64,000 bases of DNA, from positions 44,516,001-44,580,000 of the forward strand of contig JAGIQG010000023.1 in the NCBI GenBank assembly GCA_024679065.1. Reading direction: 5' to 3'. The stretch is from Sphyrna mokarran (taxonomy: Eukaryota). The notes beneath the pieces are model-generated. The model saw only the letters and a list, made by a program, of their open reading frames with translations. It did not search any database and was not told the DNA's origin. Position 1 is the stretch's first letter, and the number at the start of each line of letters is the position of its first letter. Made by a program: the position numbers and the translations under genes. Of this stretch, positions 37,975 through 50,620 are shown piece after piece.

Positions 37975-38949
37975 TTTCAGTCTGGATATATCCCATTATC
38001 CTACCAATATCCTTTCTGTTGTGAAGCTTTTTTGCCATTTGCAAACTGTCCACTTTGACTAATGAGAACCCAGGGCAAAAACAACTGTTGCATCACAATT
38101 GCTCCATAATACAAATCAGCAGCGATGTTTGTCAGATTTATTCTTATAAATCTTGCATTAATTTCAAGTCCAGAGTAGCTCCTTCAGAAAAATGAAGCAA
38201 ATTTTGACATGAATTGGGGCAGCAGAGTTCTCTTTGTGCTGATTCACTGAAGGTTAAAAATTTTCCATGATTCAACAAAATCCAAATAAAGATTGGTGAC
38301 AGTTCCCTCAACACAATATAAAAGAAAATATGCAATCCCCGATATTCAAAAACCTGTCAAACCTACAACATACTGAGTATTTCATACGTTGCTCAGCATT
38401 TCAGGGGAACGGGGAAGGAGCAAGAGCAGAGAAGGGGATCAGTAAGAATGATGCAAGGACTCAAGACTGTGTCTAACTGAAATCAACACATCACAAACTA
38501 CTCGTTACAGAAAAGCATTTTTCAAGATACAAGCTGACATACCAGACTATCATATCAGCCAATGGCAATCCTCATCAAAAAAGTGTTATGAGCAAAAATG
38601 TAACTTTATTTAAAAAGATTAAGCAGGTACAGAGAGGATTAAGTGGAGGTGCAAACCAGAAAAATATCAGCCAAGTTTAAAATAGTGCATAAACATTTTA
38701 AAGCAGTAATATTTGTTCCATTAAAATGGAAGGGAGGTGAAATTATATAGTGGTGAAAGACAAGCGTCTTTCTAGAGACATATCAAAGCCTTTTCTTTTT
38801 GCGGTAGCATCATGTTCTAAAACACAACATAAATGTTTCAGCTATGTTGTACCTGCAACATCTCAAGTTGCAGATACAAGCATGCATTGCTATCCAGATT
38901 GAGAATTTACCCTCCAGTTAGTCAACATTGTCAACTATGCAACCGTAGA

Positions 38950-39301
38950 AGCTCTGCAGTGCAGACAGAGGTGACTTGGCCTATCAAGTCTACACCAACT
39001 CACCAAAACAGCATCCCAGCCAGACTCTCCAATCTACCCTGTGATCCCACACATTTACCATGGCTAATCCACTTGCCTACACATCTTTGACACTAAGGGG
39101 TAACTTAGTATGACCAATCCACCTAATCCACATGTCTTTAGGCTGTGGGAAGGAAGTGGAGCACCCAAAGCAAATCCAGACAAACATGGAGGGAACATGC
39201 AAGTTTCACCACAGACGTGGGGAGAACGTGCAAGCTTCACAGTCACCTGGGTCCCTGGCACCGCAAGACAACAGTGCTAACCATCGTGCCATAATGCCAC
39301 C
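38950..39301 (-). mobile_element. HE1-type V-SINE
   Basis: CR1-like tail, V-domain and tRNA-like head cagtgctaaccatcgtgccataatgccacc. Confidence 0.85.
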
Positions 39302-39702
39302 CATCAACGGCGTTTGGCAAAATTTCCAGGCAAACAAATAAAATTGTAAAGAGAGCTACCTTTTCTTCATGGGCCAGATTATCAGGATTTGTGGGCCAAG
39401 TAGGACTGACAAATTATAGTTTGGACATCTTTGTTACAGAGATGTAGAAGTTAACAAAAATGCAAGCTCACATTCTTCAACATAATTTACGTACTAAGGC
39501 ATTGCAATTACTTGATTTATCACAGTTTCATTGGTTTTGTACAAAACTTATAATAGTCATTTTCTGAAAGCCCAGATCCCCAGAAAGCTGATTCTACACC
39601 CTCAGACTGTTAGAATTTTCACATGGACAGTCAAGAGATCATCAAATTGTTTATTGCTTGAAAAGAAAATACTGCAGTAGGTGATTCATTTGATCTCATT
39701 AC

Positions 39703-39900
39703 CTCCAAAGTAAAGCCCAGTAGCTGTGCACATGCGCCACTGTCCCTGGTACATTGCTGGAGTAGTTGGACTTCGCATCTGAACGCTGACATCAGTAACT
39801 TCCTGAGGCTCCAGTGACCGAACCATCACCATGTTAACATGCCCAAACTGGTCACCTCCCACGTATTTTAAAGACACACCAGGAGGCCATTGCTCTGTGC
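39703..39900 (-). CDS. ILRUN: ILRUN coding exon 3 (198 bp; NBR1-FW domain)
   Basis: Translates (G)TEQWPPGVSLKYVGGDQFGHVNMVMVRSLEPQEVTDVSVQMRSPTTPAMYQGQWRMCTATGLYFG(D). Acceptor ctctcctttcAG; donor GTAATG. Phase 1/1 matches exons 2 and 4. Confidence 0.97.
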
Positions 39901-39975
39901 CTGAAAGGAGAGGGAAAAACAAGGAGTACAGTATTGTCTGTTCAGACATTAACTCATGTGGTCAAAAACTTTAAG

Positions 39976-40254
39976 AACAGGAAGTGCTAAAAAAACTCAG
40001 CACTCTGGCAACATCTATGGGCAAATAAACAGTTAACATGTTCTGTGTTAGCGTACATATGTATAAAAATATATGTTTTATTATATATAAAATATATGTT
40101 AACATATTCTATTTTCTAACATTTGAGTGCAATGTGACTCCAGAGTCCCGAAGGGTCTTATTAACTCAACATTAGTACTATTTCCTGCCTGCTGAGGTTT
40201 CCAGCACACACTCTTTTCATTTCAGAGCTCCAGCATCCACAGTATTTCGCTTTC
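39976..40254. mobile_element. Degenerate Penelope-terminus fold-back element (family 2) with AT-rich internal expansion
   Basis: Left arm gtgctaaaaaaactcagcactctggcaacatct vs right arm cctgctgaggtttccagcac..ccagcatccacagtattt; same family as 60102-60340. Confidence 0.6.
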
Positions 40255-41021
40255 ACTGTCAAAAGCTACCACTTCAGATTGGAAAAATAATTAACTCAGT
40301 CCAATGAATATAACCTTCCAAATTAAAAAATAACAATTCATTACACAAACTATCAAATGCAACAGCTAAATGGGGAATACTAAAGCATCAAGAATAAGCT
40401 TCAATTGGCACAAAATAAAATGATTTGATCCACAGAGTGAAACATGGATTTCAACTGCAGCATGAACTGAAGATTTCTTCTTCTTACTTTTCCTTCACTG
40501 AATGCCCATCCCCCCTCCCCATAAACTAGAAGCAACACAAACATAAGTCAGATAGTTACAGTCAGAAAATACTCTTTCAGCCATACCACTGGGCTTATTG
40601 TTACATTATGGATGAAACCTGCACTTAAATGAATAAATTTCCATGTGCCAACTTATTTAATTGTCTCATTTCAAACCATGACAGCAAACACCTATTACTG
40701 CATTTAATTCATCTTGACGTAGGAGACCTGACTCCAGCTTATCCATTCAATTATAGATTTATATATTAAGATACGTTTTTAAAAATGATCATGTTTCATT
40801 CATGACCCAGGAAAACAACAAATGCTAGCAAGATTTTCAGTAATAGTTTTATTCTAAATGTTGGTATTTGCCTTGCAGTGGATTACTACTCAAATTAGAT
40901 GTAACTGTGCGTTGCAGGTATTGTTACTAAATTAACACTGTCTTCAAATAAAAGTATTTTCAAAGCTGAGTTACACTTTAGGCAAATTAAAATTTATTAA
41001 ACTCCAGCCATTCCTCCCCAG

Positions 41022-41297
41022 TCCCTATAATGCAGAAGCAGGCTATTCAGCCCATCAAGGCAGCACCAACTTTATGGTAGAGAATCCCACCCAGACAAGT
41101 AACACCACATATTTGCCCCACTAATCTCCTTAACCTAAGGCACAATTCAGCAAGGCCAACGCCCTGGACCCAAGAGGCAATTCAGCGAGATCAATCTCCC
41201 GAACCTTAGAGCAATTCAGCATGGCCAACTAAACTAACCTGCACATCTTTGGACTGTGGGCGGAAACTGGAACATCCGGGAGAAACCCCATGCACAC
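41022..41297 (-). mobile_element. HE1-type V-SINE 3' part with internal short tandem duplications
   Basis: Three copies of caattcagc (41143-41220) precede cctgcacatctttggactgtgggcggaaactggaacatccggg. Confidence 0.8.
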
Positions 41298-41299
41298 CC

Positions 41300-41990
41300 A
41301 CCTGCCCCCTCACTCTGAAATCTGCCCACCTCATACCCCTCCAACCATTCTTTATCCCCCTCCATCCATTTCCTCCTCATGCTTGATCCACATCTCTGCA
41401 TTCATCCACTCCCTGCACCCCCATTCATTGCCTGCCCTCCCTCAGCTGTCACCACACCATTCCCGCCCACTCCCTGCCCCCCCCCATCTCTCCTCCATTC
41501 TCCTTCCCCCCGACCATTCCAATTGCTTCCCCCCATACCCTTCCCCCACTTATTCCCTTCCTCATTCCTCCTCCAATGCCAACCCCAACCCCACCCCTGC
41601 AGGGTCCCTCCCACCAATCCAATCCCATACTACCCATTTTCCCTCCCACCTCGCCACCCCACCTGTTCCCTTCCCACACTGCTCCTCACCAATTCCTTCC
41701 TCTTAGCCAAACCGCCACCCTGACCATTCCCCTCCCTCCACACATCGACCAACCCCCAAAACCATTCTCTCCTCCCCATGACAGCCTCAACTCGCCTATT
41801 CCCTCCCTCACCAGCCCCATCTTCTCCCACACCCTCCCTCAGCATCTCCATTCCCTCCCTCCCAAGCAGTCCTCTTTCCCCTCTCATTACCTCCACATCC
41901 TCACCCTTCCCTCCCTTCTGCTCATGCCACCCCTCTGCACCCTTGCTTGTCCCCTCCCCAATTCCCTCCCTTCCTCCCCAAACCCACCAA
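41300..41990. repeat. ~700-bp C/T-rich low-complexity tract (G/A-rich on the ILRUN sense strand)
   Basis: Many C3-C7 runs and very few G on the plus strand; produces spurious Pro-rich and Gly-rich ORFs. Confidence 0.9.
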
Positions 41991-41994
41991 AGCA

Positions 41995-42915
41995 ACAGTA
42001 TTGTAGCCAAATTTGCAGATGACATAAAATAGGTGGAAAGATAAGTAAGAAGGATATAGACAGTTTACAAAGAGATAGCGATAGGCTAAGTATGTGGGAA
42101 AATGATTGCAAATGGACTATGATGTGGGAAAATGTGAAGTTGTTCACTTAAGAAATGGAGAACAGAAGAACCAAACATTATTTAAATAGAGAAACACTGC
42201 CAAAAGTTGCAACATAAAGGGACTTGGGGATCCTTGCACTCAAAACACAAAGCTAGCACACAAATCAGGAAGATTAATGAAATCTTGGGCCTTATTTCAA
42301 GGAGGTTAGAGTACAAGAATAGGGGAGGCCTGTTGCAACTACGCAAGGCACAAGTGAGACCACATCTGGAGTACTGACAGCAGTTTTGGTCCCCTTAACG
42401 AAAGATCATTTCATTGGGGACAGTTCAGACAAGTCTCACTAGATGATCCCCGATACGGAGAAATTGTCTTATGAGGAAAGGTTAAACAGGTTGGGACTCG
42501 ACCCATCGGAATTTAGAAGAATGAGAGGTAATGTAATTCAAACATACAGGATTCTTATGGGGCTTGACAAGGTAAATGCTAAGAGGATGTTTCTCCTCAT
42601 AGGAGAGTCTACAACTAGAAAGCACGGTCTCAAAATAAAGGGGCACCAATTTAAGAAAAGATGAGGAAGAAGTTCTTCTCTCCAGTCGTTGAGAGTCTTT
42701 AGAACTCCTTGACAGAGAGAGCCGTGGGAGCAATGTCCTTGCATATATTTAAGTCTGAGATTTTTTTTCCCTAGTAAGGGAATCAAGGGTTACAGGGAAA
42801 GAGCAAGAAAGTGGACACAAGGCATGCTGGATCAGCATGATCCTATTAAATGGTGGAGCAGGCTCAAGGGGCCGAATGGCCTACTCCTGTTCCTATTTCA
42901 TATATTCTTATGTTT
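41995..42915 (+). mobile_element. CR1 LINE 3' ~0.9 kb
   Basis: IVAKFADD, LSYEERLNRLGL..RRMRGNVIQTYRIL and tail gggccgaatggcctactcctgttcctatttc. Confidence 0.92.
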
Positions 42916-43348
42916 GTGTTCTTTTGTACATCAGGAAATTCACAAATAAATTAGTTTCTGTAGTCTAGTTATGTAATTTTCATCATTTCAAAAATGTAAT
43001 GGTATTTGGTATTCAGAAAACAGCAGAGGGGAACAACAATAATTTTATAACTCATGACCGTGTTGGAGCAAATTATTGAATCATTATAGAGTCAGATCTC
43101 AGGAGACAAGCTCAATTACTGAGTATTCCAATTGCCAGGAGAACTAGCAAGTTAGACTGTCTGAGGCCACTTCTACTCTAATAAGAACACTCCCCTATCA
43201 AAAAATCCATCGAAACATGAACATACAAGTAGAAGCAGCTCACAAATGAAACTCTACACAACAGCCCCACAGAATGACTTTAATTGGTACTACAGAACTG
43301 AAAAGATGATACTGAAATAAATTTCACACCAGGATGTGGCAGCATTTT

Positions 43349-43523
43349 CAAAGAACAAAGAACAAAACAGCACGGGAAACAGGCCCTTCGGCCCAACGAG
43401 CCCGCGCCGCCACCTCGATGTTCCCACTTCTACCTGCCATCTCTGTCCATGTTTATAGATCTATGGATTAAAAACCAAATTTGAGACAATTTAGGGAGAA
43501 TTTGTTTTGCCAATTAGCCTAAG
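43349..43523 (-). mobile_element. Short 5'-truncated copy 4 of the composite CR1/V-SINE element
   Basis: Reverse complement is closely similar to 1327-1488 (ttaggctaattggcaaaacaaattctccctaaattgtctcaaatttggtttttaatccatagatctataaaca...). Confidence 0.9.
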
Positions 43524-46224
43524 TTTTCTTTGAAGTTTTTGAACATCAGGTAACTGACTTTGTCTATCTCCACCTATTTCCAAGCTCAGGCTGCCCAAAA
43601 TTCTAACTTTTATCAACTATTGCTTTTTCAGTTGCAGATACATCAGGCTTGGCTGTGTCATATGATGGAACCATCTAATCACTCATATCTGATCCATAAT
43701 ATGAACACTGAGATCCAACAAATAAATCAACGAAAGCTAGAGGTGACGTCCGAGTATGAAAAGAAGCAAGTTGAGTTCTATGCTGGTATTCCACAAGTAG
43801 GAATTTTTGGCATGGAGCACAAGCCCTCCATAAATCACAATTTTCCACACAGATTTAGCCTTAATTCTCCATGAAAATAAGCCTATCTATCCATCTATTT
43901 TGTTGATAAAATCCCAGTTCACCAAATTCTCTGTAATTTCTGCCTATTTTTCAATGGTAATTTGCACTTGACCGCAGCTTCCTGCAGACAGAAATTAAAA
44001 GCCCTCCACAATACAGTTGACCACTCATGTATCAAACTCTCATTGGACTCTTCAGAGCAATGGTTTTCAATCCATGTCAAAAGGGCAATTGGAATCATGC
44101 CAAGATGAGCAGACTGTTTAAGTGTTAATTTGAATTTGATTCACATTTCCTTTAAGCCTGTTTTTAAATTTCTATTTCTCTCATCCTGCCTCATTTGAAA
44201 AATCCAACACTTGCCACATTTATCAGTTGTAACAAGGGACATGTTCATGACCTCTGCTGATCCGTTCCATGTAAAGTGGATCTACCATGCATTAACAAAT
44301 TGCTGTCCCTTGCACATTCTAGCAACTGTGAAATCAGACTATTCAGATGAGTATGTCCCTGTTTCTCCTTATACCTTTTCTTTGTAACCTGTCCTGATTT
44401 TTCAATTTGATCAACATTCTTTCCTGTAAATCAATTTTCTGGGAATACCATTAATTATTAATGTTGAAACATAAATGTTATTCCTGTGTTCATGAATTAG
44501 CCCTTTGAAAAGAAGTAAGTAACATGCTGATACTTAAGTACAGCAGTTGTTACATCTTTGGTAGCTATATTCTCAACATGCTGTGTTTAGAGAACATAGT
44601 GGCATTGACCTACTCATATTTTACTAAAAGCTCCAAAAGTGTCTCCTCACTGCTCTTACGAGGGGAACGTGCCAAATTTGATGAGTCAAAATAAGGTCAC
44701 AGTGATTAAAGGTTTGGAAACATTCCTCAAAAGAGACAGTAATTCATACATTGCTCGTGCGCCAAGGGATTGCAATTGCTCAGATAAAAAGCTGAAGGAA
44801 TAAGAATCTATCGTCCACACAAATTGAAACAAGCCCAACATCATTCAGAACAATCATTGGAACTTGTTTTCTTTCAAGTTTTAATCAAATTTCATCCTTC
44901 CTCCAACAAGCTGAACAGAATTAGTATCCACAGGCTAACTTGCAGTTTCAGAAAAGGAGGTAGCCAACTCCACAGTTTAAAAATTTATTTGACAAATATC
45001 TAGTCCCAAGTGAGGAGCATAACTAACTACAAGGAGGAAAATACATCTGGGGGAATAAAAATAGAATTGCTTTAAATTCAGTATGCATTATTATTTTTCC
45101 TCTAAAATCTGAGGTCTAGCTCATTGATCTATAAAGATGGCATTGTGATGATTTGATGCCACAAGTTCTCTTCAGGTCCGTATGAGGATTGAAAATATTT
45201 ATATTCTAATGCTAGTTTCCCACACTTGATGTCACTGACCATTATCGTTTGTGAATTTCTCATCCCATGACCCAGAGTGCTTTAAGTCGACTTAACATTT
45301 ATATGAATGATCATGTGATGAAATCTGAATCTCGAGAGAACCCTTACTCCGTGCACTGGCTGGTGAAGTTTATTACATCTGTCACGTCATTCTTCTCTCT
45401 TCAGAATGCAGACTAAGCCAGAATAAGACTCCAAAAGGAACAGCTGGCTTATCTTGGCAAGTGAATAATATGGGATGAAAAACTGAAATACACTTTATTC
45501 TCTGGTATATAGGAAATAATAGATATGATTCACTGTCTTAATAGTTTTAAAAACAGATGTTTATTTGCTACAACTTTAATGTGTCCCACTTTGAAACTAA
45601 ACTCTCCAGCTACTGGTTGGAATGCTCAAGTTGTCTCTTCTCAGTGAAACAAGATCTCCCAACGAGAATACTTCAACCCTTAGTTTTGTGGTTCAAAAAG
45701 GAATAGACAACTGTTTCTAATAACCATATCAGCCAAATATAAACAGTTGATTTCACTTATCAGCCCTGAATGGGTTAGGTTTTGATATGATCAACAATAT
45801 GTAATTAAACATGCTGCCTTGGCTTTTTAAACAACTAAGTTCTTGGTCATTCTGCAGTGCTTTTCTGACAGATTGTGAAGGCAAATGCAGACAACTTTCT
45901 CTGCACTTCAGCCATAAAGATTTACAGCATAAAAACTGTCCCACAATTTAAGACCTCCTCAAGCACTGACTTCATGCCGGTTTAAATATTTAAAAGATGC
46001 AACTGTTTCTGCATCAATCATTTCTGGTAGTAAAGCATTCCTTCTCTCTCTCTCTGCAGAACAAATCTTCTTCCCATTCTCTTAATATTGAATTAAGCTA
46101 TTCCTACTTGCATATTTAAGTCTTCCCTTATACAGGTGAACCAAATTACTCAATTTGAATAAAAATTATTATAGCCATCTATGCTTTAATGGCTAATAGC
46201 CTCGACATCTCAAGTCCTTCAGTA

Positions 46225-46720
46225 ATTCAACGTTGACCAAACCAAAACTTAAAAGATTCCTGGATATGGGAATGGTGTAGGAGGAGTAGGACATTGCAAA
46301 TGTTTCTTCCCTTTTTGGAACAGGTATGCAAGATAGACAAAGCAATTACAAACCAGTCAGTATTGGGGAAACTTGGAAAAGTGATTTTTGGGAGCAAAAT
46401 TGTCACTTTGAAGTGCATAGGTAAATTAATGATAGCAAACAAGGATTTGTTAAAGGTAAATCATATCTGACTAACTTGGTTATGTGAAATGAAATTACAA
46501 AGTTTGATAAAGTGAATGCAGTTGACACTGCAGTACAACAGAACAATTTAAAAACTGAAGCCTGTGAGATGGAGGTGACAGTACCAAATTGGAAACAAAA
46601 TTAGAAAGCAAAGAGCAGTGATCAAGGGCAGTTTTTTGTACCAGAGGAACATATTCAACCTGTTTTCTTGGGGTCAGAGTTAGAATCACCACACTTTTGA
46701 ATAATATAAAATAGCCTAGC
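46225..46720 (+). mobile_element. Degenerate CR1 RT N-terminal fragment
   Basis: attgcaaatgtttcttccctt..aattacaaaccagtcagt..ggatttgttaaaggtaaatcatatctgactaac (ANV.P, NY.PVS, GFVKGKS.LTN). Confidence 0.7.
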
Positions 46721-46857
46721 CCAGAGCCATTGCTGATCATTTGTATTTTCATGTGTCTGTCAATCAACCTCCTATGCATGCTGCTTTTACATTTCTGACA
46801 AACCTTGAGAAAAAGCTTATGAAATATATAATTAAATTTCTTGCATACCATGTAGAT

Positions 46858-47190
46858 CAAAGAACAAAGAAAATTATAGCACAGGAACAGGCCTTTCGGC
46901 CCTCCAAGCCTGCACTGACCACACTACCAATTGAACTAAAAGCCCTATTCTTCCAGGAATTATATCCCTCTATTCCCAATCCATCCAGATGCCCTTAAAA
47001 ATCATTATTGCATCAGCTTGCACGATCTCCCCCCGGAATTGAAGCACCCACCAACGCTGAGCAAAAAAACTTGCCTCGTGCATCTCCTTTAAACCCTACC
47101 CCTCACACATTAATCCTATGCCCCCTACTAATTAAATCTTCCACCTCAGAAAAAAGCTTCTGACTATCCACTTTGTCTATGCTTCTCATC
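46858..47190 (-). mobile_element. CR1/HER1 3' end
   Basis: caaagaacaaagaaaattatagcacaggaacaggcctttcggccc tail. Confidence 0.85.
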
Positions 47191-47999
47191 TCTACATTTC
47201 TCATCTCCACATCTCCTTTCAAAATCCAGTCACCTCTCTAAAAAAAAAAATTAAATTTGTCACAAGATTGGCCTTTAGTAAATCTGTGCTGGCTGACCTC
47301 GATTAACATATATGTTATCTCAAAGCACTTAATATTCCTTTTTATATATCTTCTGTGGTCTTTATTCATATGTTTTCTTTAGCCCTTTTCACCTTTCCAT
47401 TAAAGGTAGCATAATAATTTTCTTATTATTAGTCCTAATATCAGTTTTATTATTATCGCTAACACAGAGTTGTGACTCTTTGAAATTACCTATCCCAATG
47501 GGTTGTAGACACGTTATCACTGACTATATTAAGAGATAGATAAATTTTTGATCTTACAAGGAATGAAGCAATATGGAAAGAAGGTAACAAGGTGGAGTTA
47601 AAGAAGATCAGCCATGAGGGTCCATTAAGGTCTACTCCTGCTTTTACTTTTGCTCATAGCTATCTTTTGCTTCATTATGTAAGTAATAATAGTGTCAATC
47701 TTAACCATTTCAAATTTTCATGCTCACATTTAGAACATAATATACTATAATTGCATGGCCTTACTACTGGAGAGGCCCATGATAGGGTGTAACTTAATTG
47801 AGACAAGTTTGTAGGTGTAGTTTTCATTACACATGTGGAAATGCAAACTTATGACGGTAATATGTATATAATTAAAAAAGACAAAATTTATAGTTTAGGA
47901 GGCTTCAATATCATTTGTGGGCGCTGGTCCAATTTAGTGTCCATGTTTGTTCAACAGTACTTCTGAGGCACCTTGGGATATTTTCTTTCATTTAACATA

Positions 48000-48295
48000 G
48001 TAAATTAAAACACAAGAGATAGAAGCCCGTTGAGTGCCTCCACCATTCAACATAATCATGGTTAATCTGGGATTTCTCCCATCCATTCCTCTTGGCTCCT
48101 GGAGAACCCAAAAATCTATGTCTCCCAGCCTTAAATGTACTCAAGTGGAACATCCACAACTCTGTGGAATAAATAGAGAATTCCAAAAATACACAACCCT
48201 TCGAGGGATTCAATTTCAGCCTCTTGCCTGAAACTGCACCATGTTTTAGATTTCCACCCATTGGATGCAAACTATCAAGCTCCTTCAGACTCATG
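48000..48295 (-). mobile_element. CR1 3' end
   Basis: agcccgttgagtgcctccaccattcaacataatcatggttaatc..catccacaactctgtgg..gaattccaaa. Confidence 0.75.
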
Positions 48296-48457
48296 CATTT
48301 TTTTCAAACTGATATAAAAGCAAAAAAAAACTTTTTTGAAAATGAATTTACATTGCTTTTCTAACTGCCAAACCTTTAGAATCTGCAAAAAGCTTAGGAT
48401 ATGCCTCTGACACAAAATAATTTTGAAGAGTGTGTGAAAAGTAAGGCAATTGGCTTA

Positions 48458-48544
48458 TGCTACCAAATAAACCTGTTGGACTTTCATCTGATGTTGCAAG
48501 ACTTCTTACTGTGCTCACCCCAGTCCAACATCAGCATTTCCACA
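48458..48544 (+). mobile_element. Penelope-like terminal fragment (family 1)
   Basis: gctaccaaataaacctgttggacttt..ccccagtccaacatcagcatttccaca is similar to the reverse complement of 5407-5493. Confidence 0.8.
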
Positions 48545-48983
48545 GTATAAGATAAGACAGACCTGCATCTGTAACCTTCAGGATCAAACCTGATGGTATT
48601 AGCACCATCAAACAGTGTACGTTTATGCATGCACTCTGCTGACAGAAAGGGTGCAGTTGGAGTCTGTGTAGCATATGGTTTACTGTGTACAATCCCGAGT
48701 TGCCCTGTAGTATCCTATTCCCATATTTCTAACCTACCTCTATTTGTTAGCATAGGTACTGTGATTTTGCCTATGTACATGGATACAGAGGCAAATGTTT
48801 TCACCAACATTAGTGTAATAGAGTTGGTTCAGCAATTTCAGAACAATAAATTTTGTTCGCTAAGATAGACATCTTTTCATTTGTCTGCGATTCTGTATGA
48901 TGAACTTCAACAAGTTGGTGTATTCGATGTTTTTACATCAATATTTAACCTTTCAAAACGTCATTGTCTAGGCAGATAATTAC

Positions 48984-49138
48984 CTGTGTTTTGTATCCTC
49001 CATGTTTTGGTGAACTGGGTGTCAGGTGGAACAGACTCCCCCTCTCCTATTGTAACATCTTCTACAAATGACATAGAAGGTGCATTTATATTTGGGCTTT
49101 CAAAGTCATAGTAAGCACCAATGGCAGCCTGCAAATTC
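48984..49138 (-). CDS. ILRUN: ILRUN/C6orf106 coding exon 2 (155 bp; end of UBA-like domain, start of NBR1-FW domain)
   Basis: Translates (W)NLQAAIGAYYDFESPNINAPSMSFVEDVTIGEGESVPPDTQFTKTWRIQNT(G), nearly identical to vertebrate ILRUN as recalled. Acceptor ttttgtttttcAG at 49140-49139; donor GTAATT at 48983. Confidence 0.97.
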
Positions 49139-49429
49139 CTGAAAAACAAAATAAAAAGTTTCTCGATCAATTATCTGAAATCAACAAACATTTAATTTTT
49201 TTGAGATAACATATTGGAAGACCTGCATATAAATCCCCAGAAAATTGAATTCAAAAAGTATCACTGCAGGGAAAAAAGTTTGCCCACACAAGGGCAAAAA
49301 CTTGATTTTACTTCGAACATAGACCGAATAGCAAACACACAACAAACAAAGCACAACACCCAAAAAACAATAAACATTCATATATATACACATGTATATT
49401 GCATTTAACATAGAAAATGCCCCATAATG

Positions 49430-50620
49430 TTTTAATGAGGTGTGAGCCTTTATGAGTGGGTTAGGATAGGTGACTGAAATTTGGTTGAAGAGATGCATTT
49501 TAATTAGGCTTTTACTGAGGATGGATACTGGGACACCAACAAGGAGAAAGTTACAGAAGTTGAATCTAGAGATGATAAAGGGGTGCATAAGGGTTTTGTC
49601 AGAGTGAAGGTAAGACAGGGGTAGGAGTGGAAAGACAGGGGCAAAGGTGGAAGCAAACAGTCTTTGTAGTGGATATGAGGTTTAAAGCTCAACTATGGGT
49701 TTACCTGGATGCCATGGATGCGAGTAGTCTGGTTCAACATGAACAACCAACCAGGGAAGGAGATGGATTCAATGGCTTCGAACATCCTGATTTTCAATTG
49801 TAGGAAATCCTGGCTCATCCACAACATAAGAAGATAGGATCAGGAGTCGCCCATTCAGCCCCTCAAACCTGTTTTACTATTCAATTCAATCACTGATGAT
49901 CTATACCTCAATTACACTTGTCTTTGATCCATATTCCCTGATAAATTTACCTAACTTTCTGAACTCAAGGGAATATGAGCCTAGCTGTCCTCTTAGTTTG
50001 AGCCTTTATGCTCAGATGCATTCTGCTTTGCATCATACCCTCTACCAGGCTAATACAACCTTCCAGAAGCATGGCATGCAAAAACTAAACACAGGACTCC
50101 AGTCAGCATTTAACCAGGTTCTGTCCTCTGTCGAAAGCATAATTTCTTCCCCTTTGTTTCCATCTCAAACCACACTACCCCCCATCCCACCCCATCAAGT
50201 CCATGGTCCACATCTCCCATCTAACGTAAAAGCTAAAATTTCATCACCAATGTTAACTACTTTTTGCACTTGTACATACATAGTATTTTAGCATGCGTAT
50301 GTGGACACCCAAAACCCTTTATTCTTCCAGTTATTATTTGTTATTCTTGGATTCCAAGTGGATAATGCTCATTTTCCCATGTTTAACTCCATCTGATACA
50401 ACTTTGAGCATTTGCTTAGGTTTGTTAATTGACCTTTTGAATTTCCTGCTCCCCATCTACACAACATACTCCAGCTCCTAATCTTGGTTTACCTGGAAAC
50501 AGAGAAATGCAATTCTATTCCTTTATCCAAGGCAGCCACATAAATGGTGAAACCCTAAGACCTAAGTGCAGATTCCTAGAGAATACCATGCATTATATCC
50601 TGCCAAATTTCTCAACTCTG
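49430..50620 (-). mobile_element. Adjacent degenerate L2-like (49430-49820) and CR1 (49823-50620) fragments
   Basis: aacataagaagataggatcaggagtcgcccattcagccc CR1 tail; purine-rich L2-like antisense sequence. Confidence 0.6.

Noticed and set aside
41290-42147. Cluster of long Pro-rich and Gly-rich ORFs
   Set aside because: Artefacts of a stop-poor low-complexity C-rich tract; no splice structure or recognisable domain.
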